Shown here: piece after piece, positions 12,019 to 25,095 of the stretch
Numbering within the stretch: position 1 is the stretch's first letter
How the letters are laid out: each line of letters starts with the position of its first letter
NCBI GenBank assembly: GCA_951406725.2
Contig: OX597826.1
Coordinates: 31,124,001-31,188,000, forward strand
Source of the DNA: Octopus vulgaris
Lineage: Eukaryota
DNA length: 64,000 nucleotides
Direction of reading: 5' to 3'
Program-made: the position numbers and the translations under genes
Notes under the pieces: model-generated
What the model was told of the DNA's origin: nothing
Databases searched by the model: none
What the model saw: only the letters and a program-made list of their open reading frames with translations

Positions 12019-12544
12019 TCTTAGATATATATGGCGGGGTGTATGTGTATCTGTGCATGTATGTATATATAAGTACATAATGGTGTGTGTGTTTGTGCAA
12101 ACTGCGTGGTCAAGTATAAGATCATTCTGGTATTCTTATTCTTTTTACCCGTTTCTACCATCCTACCATGAAAATGCTAAAATACCACCACCAGCTTTAT
12201 GGCAGCGCTGCACGTGGCATTCGGTGAATAAGGAAGTCTGACATGGCTGCTCTCATCTCTACCTCAACGCTGCTATATTTAGGTTCATTCAAAAATTGCC
12301 CACGTAATGCATGTGAAGTACTCTAAGGGGTTAGAAACAGCGACTGCATACATATTCTTTATGTTTTGAGGAAGAATGAAATACAACTAGATTCTAATTT
12401 AACCTTTTGCATCAAGTTAATTCTCTTTTCCCATATTTTTGCATGAGTTTCTTCCACTTTGGACAGGAAAAATCCTGACTATATCATCAACGTTTATTCA
12501 TGTGTTCTTTTATTGGTTTCAGCCAGAGGTTGAGACCGTTTAGA

Positions 12545-12830
12545 CTCATTCGTGTCCCTTCCTCCAGAATTGATCCTGCGAAGCAATGAGTTGGGCAGAG
12601 CTTCACATTTTTTTGCCTTTCTTGTGATGTGGGTCCATCAGATATACGAGATAAAAATTTGTTTGATTGTTCTATAAACACAACCACATCTCGTAGTTCT
12701 CTGAGACCTTTTGGTAGAGTATGGAAAAGTTGTAGGTCTTTGAACCGGTTACAGTATTATTTCCTTACTCTGGATTTCACAAACTTTCACAGCCTCATCT
12801 TCAAGATGATGTGATGTTGGTGTATGTAAT
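12545..12830 (-). pseudogene. Decayed CR1/L2-group LINE ORF2 C-terminal fragment
   Basis: Minus translation LQLFHTLPKGLRELRDVVVFIEQSNKFLSRISDGPT resembles the LFNxLPxxLR...FKxxLDxFLxxVPDxP end of CR1/L2-type reverse transcriptases. Confidence 0.6.
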
Positions 12831-13110
12831 ATCTCAGAAAAACCAGAATCATGAATTTGGATAACAAAGGTATGCAAAGAAAGGAATCCAAGATAAATTT
12901 TTAATTTACTGAAAGTCCCTTTGTTTCCAAAGTGAGTATCCGAATGCCTAGCGGCAATAGCAGCCGATATCAGGTGAGGAGGGAGGTGAATCTCACTAAA
13001 TTCAAATCAATAGTCTAAATTAGCATACCATTAAGGAAAATGTTGGGGTTAGTCAGAAGATGATAGGATATGCTAAGAACAAATGTTTCTTGCTCAACAG
13101 GCGTTATATA

Positions 13111-13144
<34 letters not shown>

Positions 13145-13554
13145 GGTGCGGATTCTCTTCGACGTGTGAGGACTCAACAGGCTAGTTGTTAAGTTACTCA
13201 CACAGGTGCTTTGTTTTCAGTAGTGAAGATTTGTGTAGAACCAGCCACAGATTTTTAAACTGCTGATGGCAAAAATTTCATGAAAATTGTTTGCTTTAAA
13301 CTCAATGAAAAACATACCTCAGGCTTCTATTATTCTCTCTCTCCTGGGTTAGTTGCTTTCGCCATAGTTGAGAGTCCAACCCCACTCTGGTAAGCTAAAT
13401 GCGCACCTGGGTACCAAACCAGAAATTTATAAACTCATTTGTTGTGCTAATAAATACGAAATATGTCCACAAGGCTTCCTGGCTCATATACTTGACTACC
13501 TAAGAGTCTACATCCACAAATGGCACATATTGGGTGATTATATAAGTCAAAGGA

Positions 13555-14050
13555 GTGCCGCACATTCGATGCTATGTTATATCTTTACAAGTCCACAATT
13601 TATCCTTGTATGGAATACTTTTGTTATATTTGGGCAGGTGCACCATCTTATCGCTTGAATCTCCTTAGCTGGGTTCAGAAGCGAGTGTCTAATTTAATTG
13701 GTCCCTCTTTCGCTTCAACTCCACAACCCTTGCCACATCAACATCACATGGCCAGTTTTAGTATTTCCCATCGTTATTACCACAGGAAATGCTCTGATGA
13801 ACTTCCTCTCTTACTTCCAGATCACTTTGTGCTATTTCACCTGACTTGAATCTCACAGCGACTTCATTCAAATGCTGTTGTGCTTCCACAAACAAGTCTT
13901 TCTACGTTCGCAGCATTTTTTCCCTCGAACTGCCAGGCTGTACTTTTCTTCCATCTCATTGTTTGACTCCTTCTCATGACCTGAACTCTTTTAAGTCTAA
14001 AGTACATTCATTCCATTCGCCTTAATTTCTTCCTCTTCTTCTTCTTAGTG
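13555..14050 (+). pseudogene. Decayed CR1/Jockey-group LINE reverse transcriptase 3' fragment
   Basis: ORF 13574-13849 LYKSTIYPCMEYFCYIWAGA...VQKR...LIG...RYYHRKCSDEL matches the LYKxxIRPxMEYCxxIW / RYYxGxCSxEL pattern. Confidence 0.85.
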
Positions 14051-14784
14051 GTTTCTCGCCTTGTTTGGAACTTTCTAATAACAAAGAAAAAAATGTAATC
14101 AGGGTCGCTTCGGGAATGTTTCTACGCTACTTTGGCTCACTGTTCTGCAGTGCAAATTTGCTCCATCTTGTAACACCTTGTGAGCTACATTACGGAAGAA
14201 GAATGAAGAACAAACAAACAGGATATTGGTTGAATATCCTACTGAATTAACCTATTCAGAAATTTAATGTCGAATGGTGACAATAATTAACAATTTTGGA
14301 ACTCTTAACTATTACGTTTCGGTTGTAAAGCACTCTTCATGTTGGTTTGTAATAGGATGTCACTGAATAGCAATTTTGTTATTGATCAAATTCTTTCTCT
14401 CCAGACAAAATCCATGGAACATGAAATGACAGTCAGTTTCCTCATTTTTGAAACCATTCTCCAAGAATAAAAAAACTTCTTGTTTTAATATCATCGACCA
14501 ATTTAATTTCTCTCTCAAATAGTTTTAAAAGTCAAAATAAAATTCACGAAAGAAAATTATTTTTTCATTGAAATGACATTAGACAAGCTGTATATATCGA
14601 CATCAAGATAGTCATCTCGTAACCTTAACAACTAAAGGGGGTGGGGATGATTAGTTATTCATTTATATATTTATTTATTTATCGTTATTCTTCTGTTACA
14701 CTCTACTACTTTCTCAACAGCAAACAAGCGATCGAATACCTCCTGTTCCCTCTTTTGATGATAGCTTATCTGTTTATTTATTTG

Positions 14785-14841
<57 letters not shown>

Positions 14842-15609
14842 TATGATCCCATCACACGTCATTGTTTTATGCACCGCCTTTGTTTTTTTTATTTATGTCC
14901 TTTATTCTTCGTTATTTTATTACCTTCTATTTCCACTTATCTTTTACCATCATCAATTTCCTTTACGTCCACCTCATCACTACCATCATCATCAACGACA
15001 ACTTTATTACCACTTCTAACTGACTCATTTAGTCTTTCCGGATTCTGGGACAGCAGTCATGTTTATAATTATGTTTGTTATTACTATTGTTTTTTCTATC
15101 CTATATATATATAAGGTATGGGCGGTATGTATATGTGGGTGGGTTGTCGCTTTTCCTAATTCTGCTTCGATTATTTACTTCATTTGCTTGTTTTTTTATT
15201 TCCGCTTTGTTTTCATCAGTATTTTGTCCATGGCGTTTTCTAGTAATTATTTATGTGTGTGTAGTCAACCGTGACTGAATGGCGACAGCTCAGTCAATAT
15301 AACAGACGTGACGTGAAAGCCGAGGTTAAACTGATCTCGGGGACTTCAGAAAGCTTCATGTTACATTTGTTAATACTTTCAGCATATACACGGTGCCTTA
15401 TAATAATGGGGCGCCATTTTAATTGATCTGTATTAGGTACTTCTCTGTATAACTTTACATCAAGTTTAGCGTTGTTCTTGGTGGTGGTGGTGGTCATCGT
15501 GGTCGTTGAGGTAGTCGTAGTGTTTAACATCTGAGACAATCCCGATAAAGTAAATCTTTAATCAAAGCCGTTCCTGTGATGGCCATGCCATTTTCTTGTG
15601 GCATATAGA

Positions 15610-15635
<26 letters not shown>

Positions 15636-15640
<5 letters not shown>

Positions 15641-15806
15641 TTGTCAGTCATTAGTCAAATGCCCTGAGGAATTTCAGTCGAATGAATCAACTCCCCCACC
15701 ACCAGTAGTTTTTTTTAAGCCTGGTACTTATTCTATCGATCTCTCACGAGAAGTTACGAGAATGTAGACACACCAACACCGGTTCAAGCGGTGGTGAAGA
15801 ACAAAT

Positions 15807-15888
<82 letters not shown>

Positions 15889-16035
15889 GACGGGTTCTTT
15901 CATTTTCTGTCTACCAAATCCGCTTACAAGGCATTGGTCGACTCGAGACTACAGTAGAAGACCCTTGTCTAAGGTGACACGCAGTGGGACTGAACCCAGA
16001 CCTATACGGTTAGGAAGCAAACTTCTTACCACACA
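15636..16035 (-). mobile_element. SINE family A, diverged
   Basis: CGCAGTGGGACTGAACCC and GCAAACTTCTTACCACACA mark the head; internal (CA)n(TA)n. Confidence 0.8.
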
Positions 16036-16448
16036 CACTGAATTTCGTTCCAGGTTGGGCTGTTCACGACTGTACGCTGGGTAAATTTTTATAAGGATTA
16101 GGCGAATGTTAGATGTATCTGTGTGGGATGTGAATGATGAATATCTTTGAACATTAGTTTACATGTGTAAGGCTTGAATAAGAAATTATTTGTTAAGATG
16201 TGTGTATGTGTGTTAGAGTGGCGGACACTCTTGTTTTATTGTATAGGAATACAGTCGGACTTAATTGAAATTGCATATATATAATGATATCAACACAGTT
16301 ATCTCCTGTCATTATAAATATTATAGATTAGAAATTCCTTTCGTAAACGATCCCGTTGTTTCACCTCTCATAATAGGGAGCCTTATGTCAAAAATGCTGC
16401 CATTTCAAACTGGCAGCTGGGTTTCAATCTCACACACTCCTACCTTTA

Positions 16449-16487
<39 letters not shown>

Positions 16488-17069
16488 TATTGTATCTCAA
16501 GGCTTGTCAACATTTACACTTTTATCTCTATACATACAGCATGATAACATACGACAGCGCGTGCACGAAAGATGGAGAGAGGGCGATACAGAAAGGCATT
16601 GAGAGAGAAGGGAGATAATGAATTGCTCAGCAAATTTGCAATGACAGTATTTTACTTTTGTTGGCGGCCATTTTGAAACTTTATCTTAGCGTTTTCGTTG
16701 CATTACACCGCTTGTTAGAAATAATTTTACTTTGTATATTTGGTTTTAGATTTTTGTTTTTGTTTCTATGACAACAAAGGCACGTGAGATTATTAGTTTG
16801 GGGTTGCAACAAAAAAGAGGAAAATCTAAATGCTATTATTTACGCAAGTGAAGGTGGCAAGCTAGCAAAATAATTTGAGTGCCGGACTAAATGCCTACCG
16901 GTATTTCTTTGACTCATTACGTTGAGATCAACACCCTTCCGGGGTCGATAAAATAAATTACTAGTCAACGAGATGAATGAACAAATTGGATCAGCGAGGG
17001 AGTCATTGATTAAAGGAACAATTTGGGCCAACAACAATATCTGGCCAATGAGGTTGAGAGGTTAGCGAG

Positions 17070-17272
17070 GGGTCTCTATGTGGTCGTTCAACTTGTAAGA
17101 AATACTAGCTCAATTTCCTTCAACACATCCCATCGTTTCAGAAAATAAAGACACTTTGAATCATGTAGTTTTAGATTTGTTGGGCATAGTGAAAAATCGC
17201 GATGGCCACAGCTAGAATGCCTTTCATTATATATTTGCACAATTATAGCTCACCCGGGACTAAACAACAACC
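17070..17272 (+). repeat. Old dispersed repeat (family D)
   Basis: TGGTCGTTCAACTTG..AGAAATA...GATGG.CAC..CTGGAATGCC pattern recurs at about 25690-25880, 34670-34850 (-), 39085-39280, 53200-53380 and 62915-63100. Confidence 0.5.
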
Positions 17273-17928
17273 AAATGTTGGTCAAGTTTTTGAAAAGTGC
17301 CTTCGCGTTGCATTATACTTCTTGTAACAGCCACCGACATCGGTCCCCACTTTACAGACCCACTAGGGCCCACTACAGAAGTAATGTGAAACTTGGAAAC
17401 ACGTGTCAGTAATGACAGGCCGTAAGTTTCGGTGTGAAACACGATGGACTTTGAAAAATATTTTTCTTGCTAGTCTCCCAGCATTTTGAACCTAATTGAT
17501 TGGTTAAATATGCAAACTGAATTTATATATATATATACGTATGTATGTATGTATGTATGTATGTATGTATGTATGTATGTATGTATGTATGCATGCATGT
17601 ATGTATGTATGTATTATTATATTCAGTCATCCTTTTAGGTGAGAAAATTCGGCGTTTCAACACTTCCACTTTGAACATATTACCGTATAGTGTTTATGTG
17701 TAAATAATAATTTCTAGGTGTTTGATGTGAGTCATTGCGTCAGTATGTACACTCGTTTGCGTAATACACATTATTACATCAACCAATCGCTGTATTTTTG
17801 AAACAGCTGTAAAGACCTATCAATACTATATTTTTTTCTTTGTCAGATACCCTTGTTTACGTTTATGTAACAGCTTTTATAAATGATATAACGCCATATG
17901 TAAGTGCTTGTCCATATTTTGTCTCTAT

Positions 17929-17996
<68 letters not shown>

Positions 17997-18557
17997 AACA
18001 GTTTCAACATGATATAGAAAAATGTTCACCCAGCAAGATTTTTAATGAATCGATCGTTTTTAGTTCTTGGTTTGTTTGTGTTTTTTAAGCTTTCTTGTGC
18101 ATAGATTTTGTCTGTTATTTTTTTTTATCGTCGTCTCTGTCTTTTTTGTAAATTAAATATTAAATTTTTAATAATCAACAAACTTTGCTTTATTCCGCTT
18201 CTGAAAGACAAAAACAAAACAAAGACAAACACCTTGACTGAGAGTGAAACTAGCTTGTTTGTTTTTCTTTTTGTCTGTTTTTTTTTTTATTTTGATATCT
18301 CTACCTGATAACCTGTAACCAGCAACAACAATAATAATAATAAAAATGTGCAAACAACAGAGAAAATGAAATAGTTGTGTGAAAAGGCTGGGCGTCATTC
18401 CGTAACTAATTGTAATCTAATAGTACCTCTAGATGTCGGTAGTGTTTATTGGAGGGCGTGGTCAGCAATGATCATTTCAGAAGACCTCCACATCAAAGAG
18501 GAGTCCTACTGAAGAGACTTGTTACGTCGGTATGTGTCATTTGAAGCCACACACACA

Positions 18558-19050
18558 TCTCTCCTTCTCTCTCTCTCTCTCTCTTCCTCCCTCTTTCTCA
18601 TCTTTATTTGTCTCTCGTCTTTTACCTCCTGTCCTATTCTGTTTTTTTCTTTACTTTCCCTCCTCCTCCTCCCTTCTCTTTTCTTCTTTTTCTTTTTTCT
18701 TTCTACTTTTATTCTCCTTTCATTCCTCTTTTCTTTTTTTGTCTCATTGTCCTCTTTTCCTTCTTCTTCGTCGTCTTTTTCTCTTCTTCCTTCATCATCA
18801 TTATCGTTATCTTCTCTTTCTGCTTTTCTTCTTTTCTTCGTTATCGTTGTTGCCTTCTTCTTCATCGTCGTCTTCTCTTTCTTCTCTTTAATTTTCGTTA
18901 TCGTTGTCTTCCTTTCCTTCTTTTGTTGCCATTTTCTTTCAGTATATTTATTCACATTCATCTTTGTTCTTTCTTTCCTTAAAAGTCATATTGTTTTTCC
19001 TTCTCATTTTTTTTCAAAGATTTTTCTCTCTATTTTTTAACTTTTTCTTA
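18558..19050 (+). repeat. Long pyrimidine-rich low-complexity tract
   Basis: About 500 bp of CT/CTT/TTC-rich sequence; gives the spurious F/S/L- and K/E/R-rich ORFs. Confidence 0.85.
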
Positions 19051-19481
19051 TTTCACACAATATTTCAAAAAAAAAAAAAGAAAAACTCGCGTTGACCTTT
19101 TTCTTCTTTGATTGTTAAAATGTACACTTTTCAACAGAAATAATAATAATTTTTTAGATATGACAAGATGAAATATTTTTATACGGGTGGATATATTAAA
19201 CTGAATCGACCCTTGCGTTTGATTGACACCTGTGTTACCCACCCAGTATTAATTAAAAAGGAAGAAAAGAGAAAAAGAAAAATCACCCCGTGAGACTTAG
19301 CCTCAGAATATAAACCAGTGCTTTCCAACTAGTATGCCCCTTAAGCAGAAAGGTCTCAAATAATTGTTTCTAGTCAAAATAATTTCTTTTTTACGTGTGT
19401 AGATTAAAATCAACACATACATACATACATACATACATACATACATACATACATACATACATACATACATACATACATACA

Positions 19482-19513
<32 letters not shown>

Positions 19514-19526
19514 GATAGATAGATGC

Positions 19527-19932
19527 AGAGTGGCTGTGTGGTAAGTAGCTTGCTTACCAACCACATGGTCCCGGGTTCAGTTCCACTGCGTGGCACCTTG
19601 GGCAAGTGTCTTCTACTATAGCCTCGGGCCGACCAAAGCCTTGTGAGTGGATTTGGTAGACGGAAACTGAAAGAAGCCTGTCGTATATATATGTGTGTGT
19701 GTGTGTGTGTGTGAGTGTGCGCATGTGTGTGTGTGTGTGTGTGTTTGTCTCCTCACCATCACTTGACAATCGATGCTGATGCGTTTACGTCCCCGTAACT
19801 TAGCGGTTCGGAAAAGACACCGATAGAATTAGTACTAGGCTTACAAAGAATAAGTCCTGGGGTCGAGTTGCTCGACTAAAGGTGGTGCTCCAGCATGGCC
19901 GCAGTCAAATGACTGAAACAATTAAAAGAGTA
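19527..19932 (+). mobile_element. SINE family A, full length
   Basis: A-box TGGCTGTGTGG, B-box GGTTCAGTTCC, internal (TG)n, tail CAAATGACTGAAACAATTAAAAGAG. Confidence 0.92.
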
Positions 19933-20350
19933 ATGTATATATATATAATATACACGCACACACACGTGTGTGTGTAAGCGTGTTTATGTATGCGCGTGTA
20001 TGTATTTTAGTATGTGGTGGGGAAATATGAATGTATATGATACATTTGACGGCTTGTAAGGGGCAGGGGCTTTTAAGAGGCACTTCAATTTTGGAAGTCC
20101 CTTCCTTAAAGCCCCACTTGCCAGCAACGTAAGCCCTGATATTGTGTTATATTAGTTGCAGAATGATTTTTCTGGGACATAGTTTAAGAAAACAAAAATA
20201 GTCCACCTTAAAACCGTCAAATACATCATGTGTGTACATGTATGTATATGTTTGTGTGTGTATATATGTATATACGTATATTCGTGCTACTTTTAGTTAA
20301 TTTACTAGTGACATAACAGTATCGAATTACATAAGGTATGTGTGTGTATG

Positions 20351-20400
<50 letters not shown>

Positions 20401-20964
20401 AAGAAGAGGTAAAGAAAGAAACCAATACGTGTCTACTCGACCAACGTTTGAAATACATTCAAAGTTGAAAGCTGAATGGCGGAAAACTGGAGCCATTATA
20501 TATTAATAGCCCGTCATTTTAACTACAGGAAGCATATTGTTGACGGTGTGATGATGGCTGCAAGACTGATTCGAGGGTATTTAAGACGTATTGAATGTAA
20601 TTATATCACAAATAATAATGATGATGATAATAAAATAATGATAATCTGGCGAAGTGACACTTAGTACAACGTTGAATTATCGTTCTGCTAGTTTTGGGTT
20701 TTTTTTTATTGTTTTCTCTTGGTTCTTGTTGTTGTATTCTTTCGGTTGTTCAGAATTTAATATCTGTTATCTGATATCTCCTAAGTTTGACTTGTTGACC
20801 TGAGGAAACTTTGAAGAGAGTAGGTTACGGCGTTTTGATGGAGCATACCTTGGAGCAAAGGTTGTCTGCAGATGATCAGACCAACAATTTACTCTCCATA
20901 GACTCTTACATTGTCTCTCCCCCCACCCCTGCCAGCCATCACTGAAACCATGGATGGCTTCTCT

Positions 20965-21325
20965 CAATCTTTCGTTTCAGACATTGGACAGCGGCCATTT
21001 TGAAAAGTTAAGTCGAACAAATCGACCCAATTATTCTTTTTATGACCGGTGGTACTTAATATATCGGTCCTTTTTTGCCGATCCCCTAAGTTACACGACA
21101 TAAGCAAACCAACACCGGTTGGTTTGCGATGCGGGGACACAAACACGTAGACATTTATCACATATATAAATGACCGGCTTCCACTCAGTTTCCGTCTACC
21201 AAATTTATTCATAAGGCATTGGTTGCCCTGGAACTATAGTAAGAGACACTTGCCTAAGATGCCGCGCAGTGGAACTGAACCCAAACTATGTGGTTACTAA
21301 GCGAGCTCCTTAACCACACAGCCAA
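20965..21325 (-). mobile_element. SINE family A, diverged
   Basis: CAGTTTCCGTCTACCAAAT, GCGCAGTGGAACTGAACCC and TTAACCACACAGCCA. Confidence 0.8.
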
Positions 21326-22047
21326 GGATTTTTTTTTTTCTTCTTGCTCGTTCAACTACTGCGATCGATTATTTCATTATTCCTCGACACAACAAAATTC
21401 CCGGCTTTGGGCATTTTTTAGGAAAAGATTGGATTGGCAGAGTCGTTAGAGAATCGAACAAACTACTTTGCGGTGTTTATTTCGGTTCTTTACATTCCGA
21501 GTTCAAATCCTGCAGTAGTAGACATTGCTTTCAACTCCCAGAATGAGATGATATGGCAAGGCTGACTGAGCATTCGGTCTGTTTTGGTGTCAGCGCGTTT
21601 TGACACCGGAGGCAAATACGCGGGCGCGCGCAAAAATATAAAGAAGCAGACAGAAATAGTAATAGAAATGTGAGCGCGCGCGGCATGTTTGTGTGATGTA
21701 TCCATCGGGGGACGGATAAGAAATTCGCTTCACGATCATGATGTCCTGGGTTCGATCCTACTCTACGGCATTTTGTGCAAATATTTTTACCATAGCTTAT
21801 CCTTGGGTCGGACCAAACCTCGTAAATGAAATTGGGAAAGACAAAAACTACATTATAAGTCCCAAGTCAGTTGAGAGATGATACGAACCCTCTGTCTACT
21901 TCTTCGGTCGTCTCTGACTCACTGTTGGAATATCATAATCCTTAATTTAACAAAATAACACGTGTGACCCTTGGCCCCTTTTTCATCCCCCAAACAATAT
22001 TACACGAGCATTCAATTCAACTTATTAATCCATATTTACAAAGTAGA

Positions 22048-22097
<50 letters not shown>

Positions 22098-22600
22098 TGT
22101 GTGTGTATGCACATATAATCTGTGATGAGCTTTACGGCTGCCGTCTTTTGTTATTCTGTCTAGCTTCATATTAAAGGGTTTTGTCTGGTGGAGATCGGAG
22201 AACAAAGAAAGGGGCTGGATTTCAAATTAAAATTAAGGGGATCAGTAGAGGTGATTTCGACTTTTTAAAGTAATATAGATGGAAAGGAGAACAAAACGAG
22301 GAGAGATGTTGGCGGATTTAAATAAACGGAGAGGGTGAGCGCGATAGACAAAAAATGTATTTATATTCAAATAGAGAGATGAGTGTTATAGAAAGTGATG
22401 GGGTTGAGTGACATGGAGATTATGTGTGTGTGTGTGTGTGTGTTGTTTGTTTCTTTTGACCCATAGACAACAGGTAAACTTATAGCTAGAGTCAAGTCTA
22501 GTCTTTAACACTGTTTCAATTCCAGATTATACTCTACTGCATTTCAAGTGCATCACTGCGTTCTCCTTGTAAAAAGAATCTTGTTTCATCCCAATTTATG

Positions 22601-22638
<38 letters not shown>

Positions 22639-22829
22639 TATTGTTGTATTTCGGGATGGTCACTTTATTTTTTTTTTTTTTTGCCAAATAAACACACGCT
22701 CTATATATTTTTATTCACTCGTTTATTACTGTTATTTGAACTCATGCCGGCAATGTGGCTAGCCAATTTATGGTTTGGTGGGATAGGAGACTCAAAGAGA
22801 AATTAGCAGAGAACTCCAAAAACCTAACC

Positions 22830-23290
22830 ATGAACTCTTTACTGCATGGATATTATCAACATAGCAGCCAGAGCACCCCTATAAGACAATGTTGATAATC
22901 TAGATGTGTGACCCTATGGAATTGGAAAGACGCATACAGCACTTCATCCACCACATGCAGTTCTCTGGCTACAACCAAAGGGACAGGATTAGAGTGTACA
23001 AAGGAGCCAAGACTAAGTACAAAGCCGCCATAGAGATTGATGCTAAGGAGATCTGCCCGCTGTACAGGAGTAATTCCTGGAACAGCTCGGAAGGAACCAG
23101 TAATAAAATAAATAAGGGCAACACTTGGTATGACAAAAAAAAGTACCGGAGTGTCATGTTCGTTGATGCTACCCCTGACGGCGAACTAGCATACCTTTTT
23201 AGGAAAACGTTAAGGCTAATCTACGAATTAAAGTAGTAGATAGGCCTGATGTCCCTTTGAAATCCCTGATGAGAAGAGAGAGGGGGAAAA
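22830..23290 (+). pseudogene. Penelope-like element ORF fragment (post-RT thumb/linker region)
   Basis: ORF 22904-23236 has MQFSGY, PLYR, W...W and SVMFVDATPDGELA; after a frameshift it continues LRIKVVDRPDVPLKSLM, a pattern typical of PLE proteins upstream of the GIY-YIG domain. Confidence 0.7.
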
Positions 23291-23559
23291 TCCGCAAATA
23301 ATACACAGAAACTTACAGGAAAATACACACGGAATAGACCTGTATGCACTTACCTGTGGTACTCATGAGAAATATAAATAAATAAAGAAAGAAAGAAAGA
23401 AATAGATTTTAAAAATTTATAAATATATCTGTCACATACCTGTGATAAATGTAAGACAGGTAGATAAAATAAATAAATAAAACTATATAAAGGGCATGGA
23501 TACATACGAAGCGCGAACCCATACACACATGCACATAAAACTTCAACTAACACGGTCAG

Positions 23560-23865
23560 CGGCAAGTGTCTTCTTGGACAAGTGTCTTCTACTATAGCCT
23601 CGGGCCGACCAAAGCCTTGTGAGTGGATTTGGTAGACGGAAACTGGAAGAAGCCTATCGTATATGTCTGTGTTTGTCCCTCCACCATCGCTTGACAACAG
23701 CTGTTGATGTGTTTACGTCCCTGTAACTTAGCGGTTCGGCAAAAGACACCAATAGAATAAGTAGTAGGCTCACAAAGTATAAGTCCTGGAGTTGATTTGC
23801 TCGACTAAAGGCGGTGCTCCAGAATGGCCGCAGTCAAATGACTGAAACAAATAAAAGCATAAAAG
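23560..23865 (+). mobile_element. SINE family A, 5'-truncated
   Basis: Body CAAGTGTCTTCTACTATAGCCTCGGGCCGACC and complete tail; internal microsatellite nearly absent. Confidence 0.88.
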
Positions 23866-24261
23866 ACTGTATATATTGCACGTTTGTTCTCTTCACCATT
23901 CGTTCTGACTTTCCAACTGTCTCTTTCTGGTTTTCAATCCTACAGGACATTTTATTTATCTTTGTTTTACCCATACATGTCCGTTTTGCGTCTGCAAGGG
24001 GCTTTTTCGTTGCATATATATAATTATTTTATTATGTCGTGTATTTTTGTCATTGTCTTGTACGTCCGTTAGCTATTTCCAATTACTTCTTGCCACTGGC
24101 GCCGCCAAAATTGAATAATATCATCGTTAAAGGCGCGAAATTGTTATGATCTTTTGGATGATGGCTGTTGAGGAATTAGCTCTGAATTTTCCATTTGTTG
24201 TGTTTTAGTTGACTTTTTGGAACATTATTTAAAGTAACGCCACGCACTTCAATGCTCGATA

Positions 24262-24418
24262 TGAGGAGTAGATAGAAAGCCGACAACTGATGTAGGGTCG
24301 TTCTTTGTCGCTTGTCCTGTTTTCTATTTGTTTCTCTCGCTGTTTGCGTATTGAACTCATTTGTTTTCGCATTTCATGTTGTTTACAGTTGGTGATGTCC
24401 TGTACCCATATATGCATC
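24262..24418 (+). mobile_element. Short dispersed repeat, same family as 8483-8640
   Basis: Close match to 8483-8640 over about 150 bp. Confidence 0.7.
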
Positions 24419-25057
24419 TGTGTGCATGTATGTGTATATATATATATATAATATTTATATTATGTGTGTGTGTGTGTTATGTATGTATGTATGTATTATG
24501 TATATATGTTTGTTTGTTTCAGCATTCTAATTGTCAAGCGTCTTGATTTAATATCATCTGTTGAAACCGAAGTAATTACATCGTGGAAGGACTATTTTAG
24601 GCCTTTGAAAAAAAATTCAGTTTTTATTCATTCCATGATGTGTCGAAATTTTCGGCCACTTCTGCGATCCTGTATGATCACTAACACAGTCCTGTTCCGC
24701 GGGAAAGATGTGGAACAGTATCATGTGATAGGGTAATTTGGTGTGACGAAATAAATTCAAGAAATAAATAAAAGCGAATTTAACTATTTAACTGTGTTAT
24801 ACGGCTAAACTTACTCTTCCTTGATGTATATACGGGTGTGCAGTTGTCATAACTTGCCTGAAGAACTTGTGCAACCATAGGTGAAACTCAGAGTAGCACG
24901 AGACTGACTCGACCAAAGTAATATGTCATACAAGGAGCAAAAGTCTTTCATGGGATATAAATTCACAAAGTGAAAATTTACAAAAAAAGAACAAAAGACG
25001 AAGACGGGAGTGTAAACAACAAACAGATGTATTAGTTTAACGCTCGGGAAGTGAGAA

Positions 25058-25095
25058 AGTCTTACGTTTCGAGCCTACGCTCTTCGACAGAAAGG
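25058..25095 (-). ncRNA. Minimal hammerhead-like motif (A6 variant) in a Penelope-like terminal fragment
   Basis: Minus strand CTTT-CTGTCGA-A-GAGC-GTAG-GCTC-GAAA-CGT-A-AGA: perfect 4-bp stem II, GAAA, self-complementary ACGU. Confidence 0.45.

Noticed and set aside
11489-12100. Longest ORF (203 aa, minus strand)
   Set aside because: It runs through microsatellites and two SINEs; a mosaic with no coherent protein signal.
18300-18345. Possible 8-nt microexon on the minus strand (TTACAG|GTTATCAG|GTAGAG)
   Set aside because: Weak donor, not frame-preserving, and no supporting context.
18506-19040. Long K/E/R-rich (-) and F/S/L-rich (+) ORFs resembling charged or membrane proteins
   Set aside because: Products of a pyrimidine-rich low-complexity tract that lacks stops by composition.
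19527-19600. tRNA-like heads of SINE families as real tRNA genes
   Set aside because: A/B boxes are present but there is no complete cloverleaf, and each continues into a SINE body.
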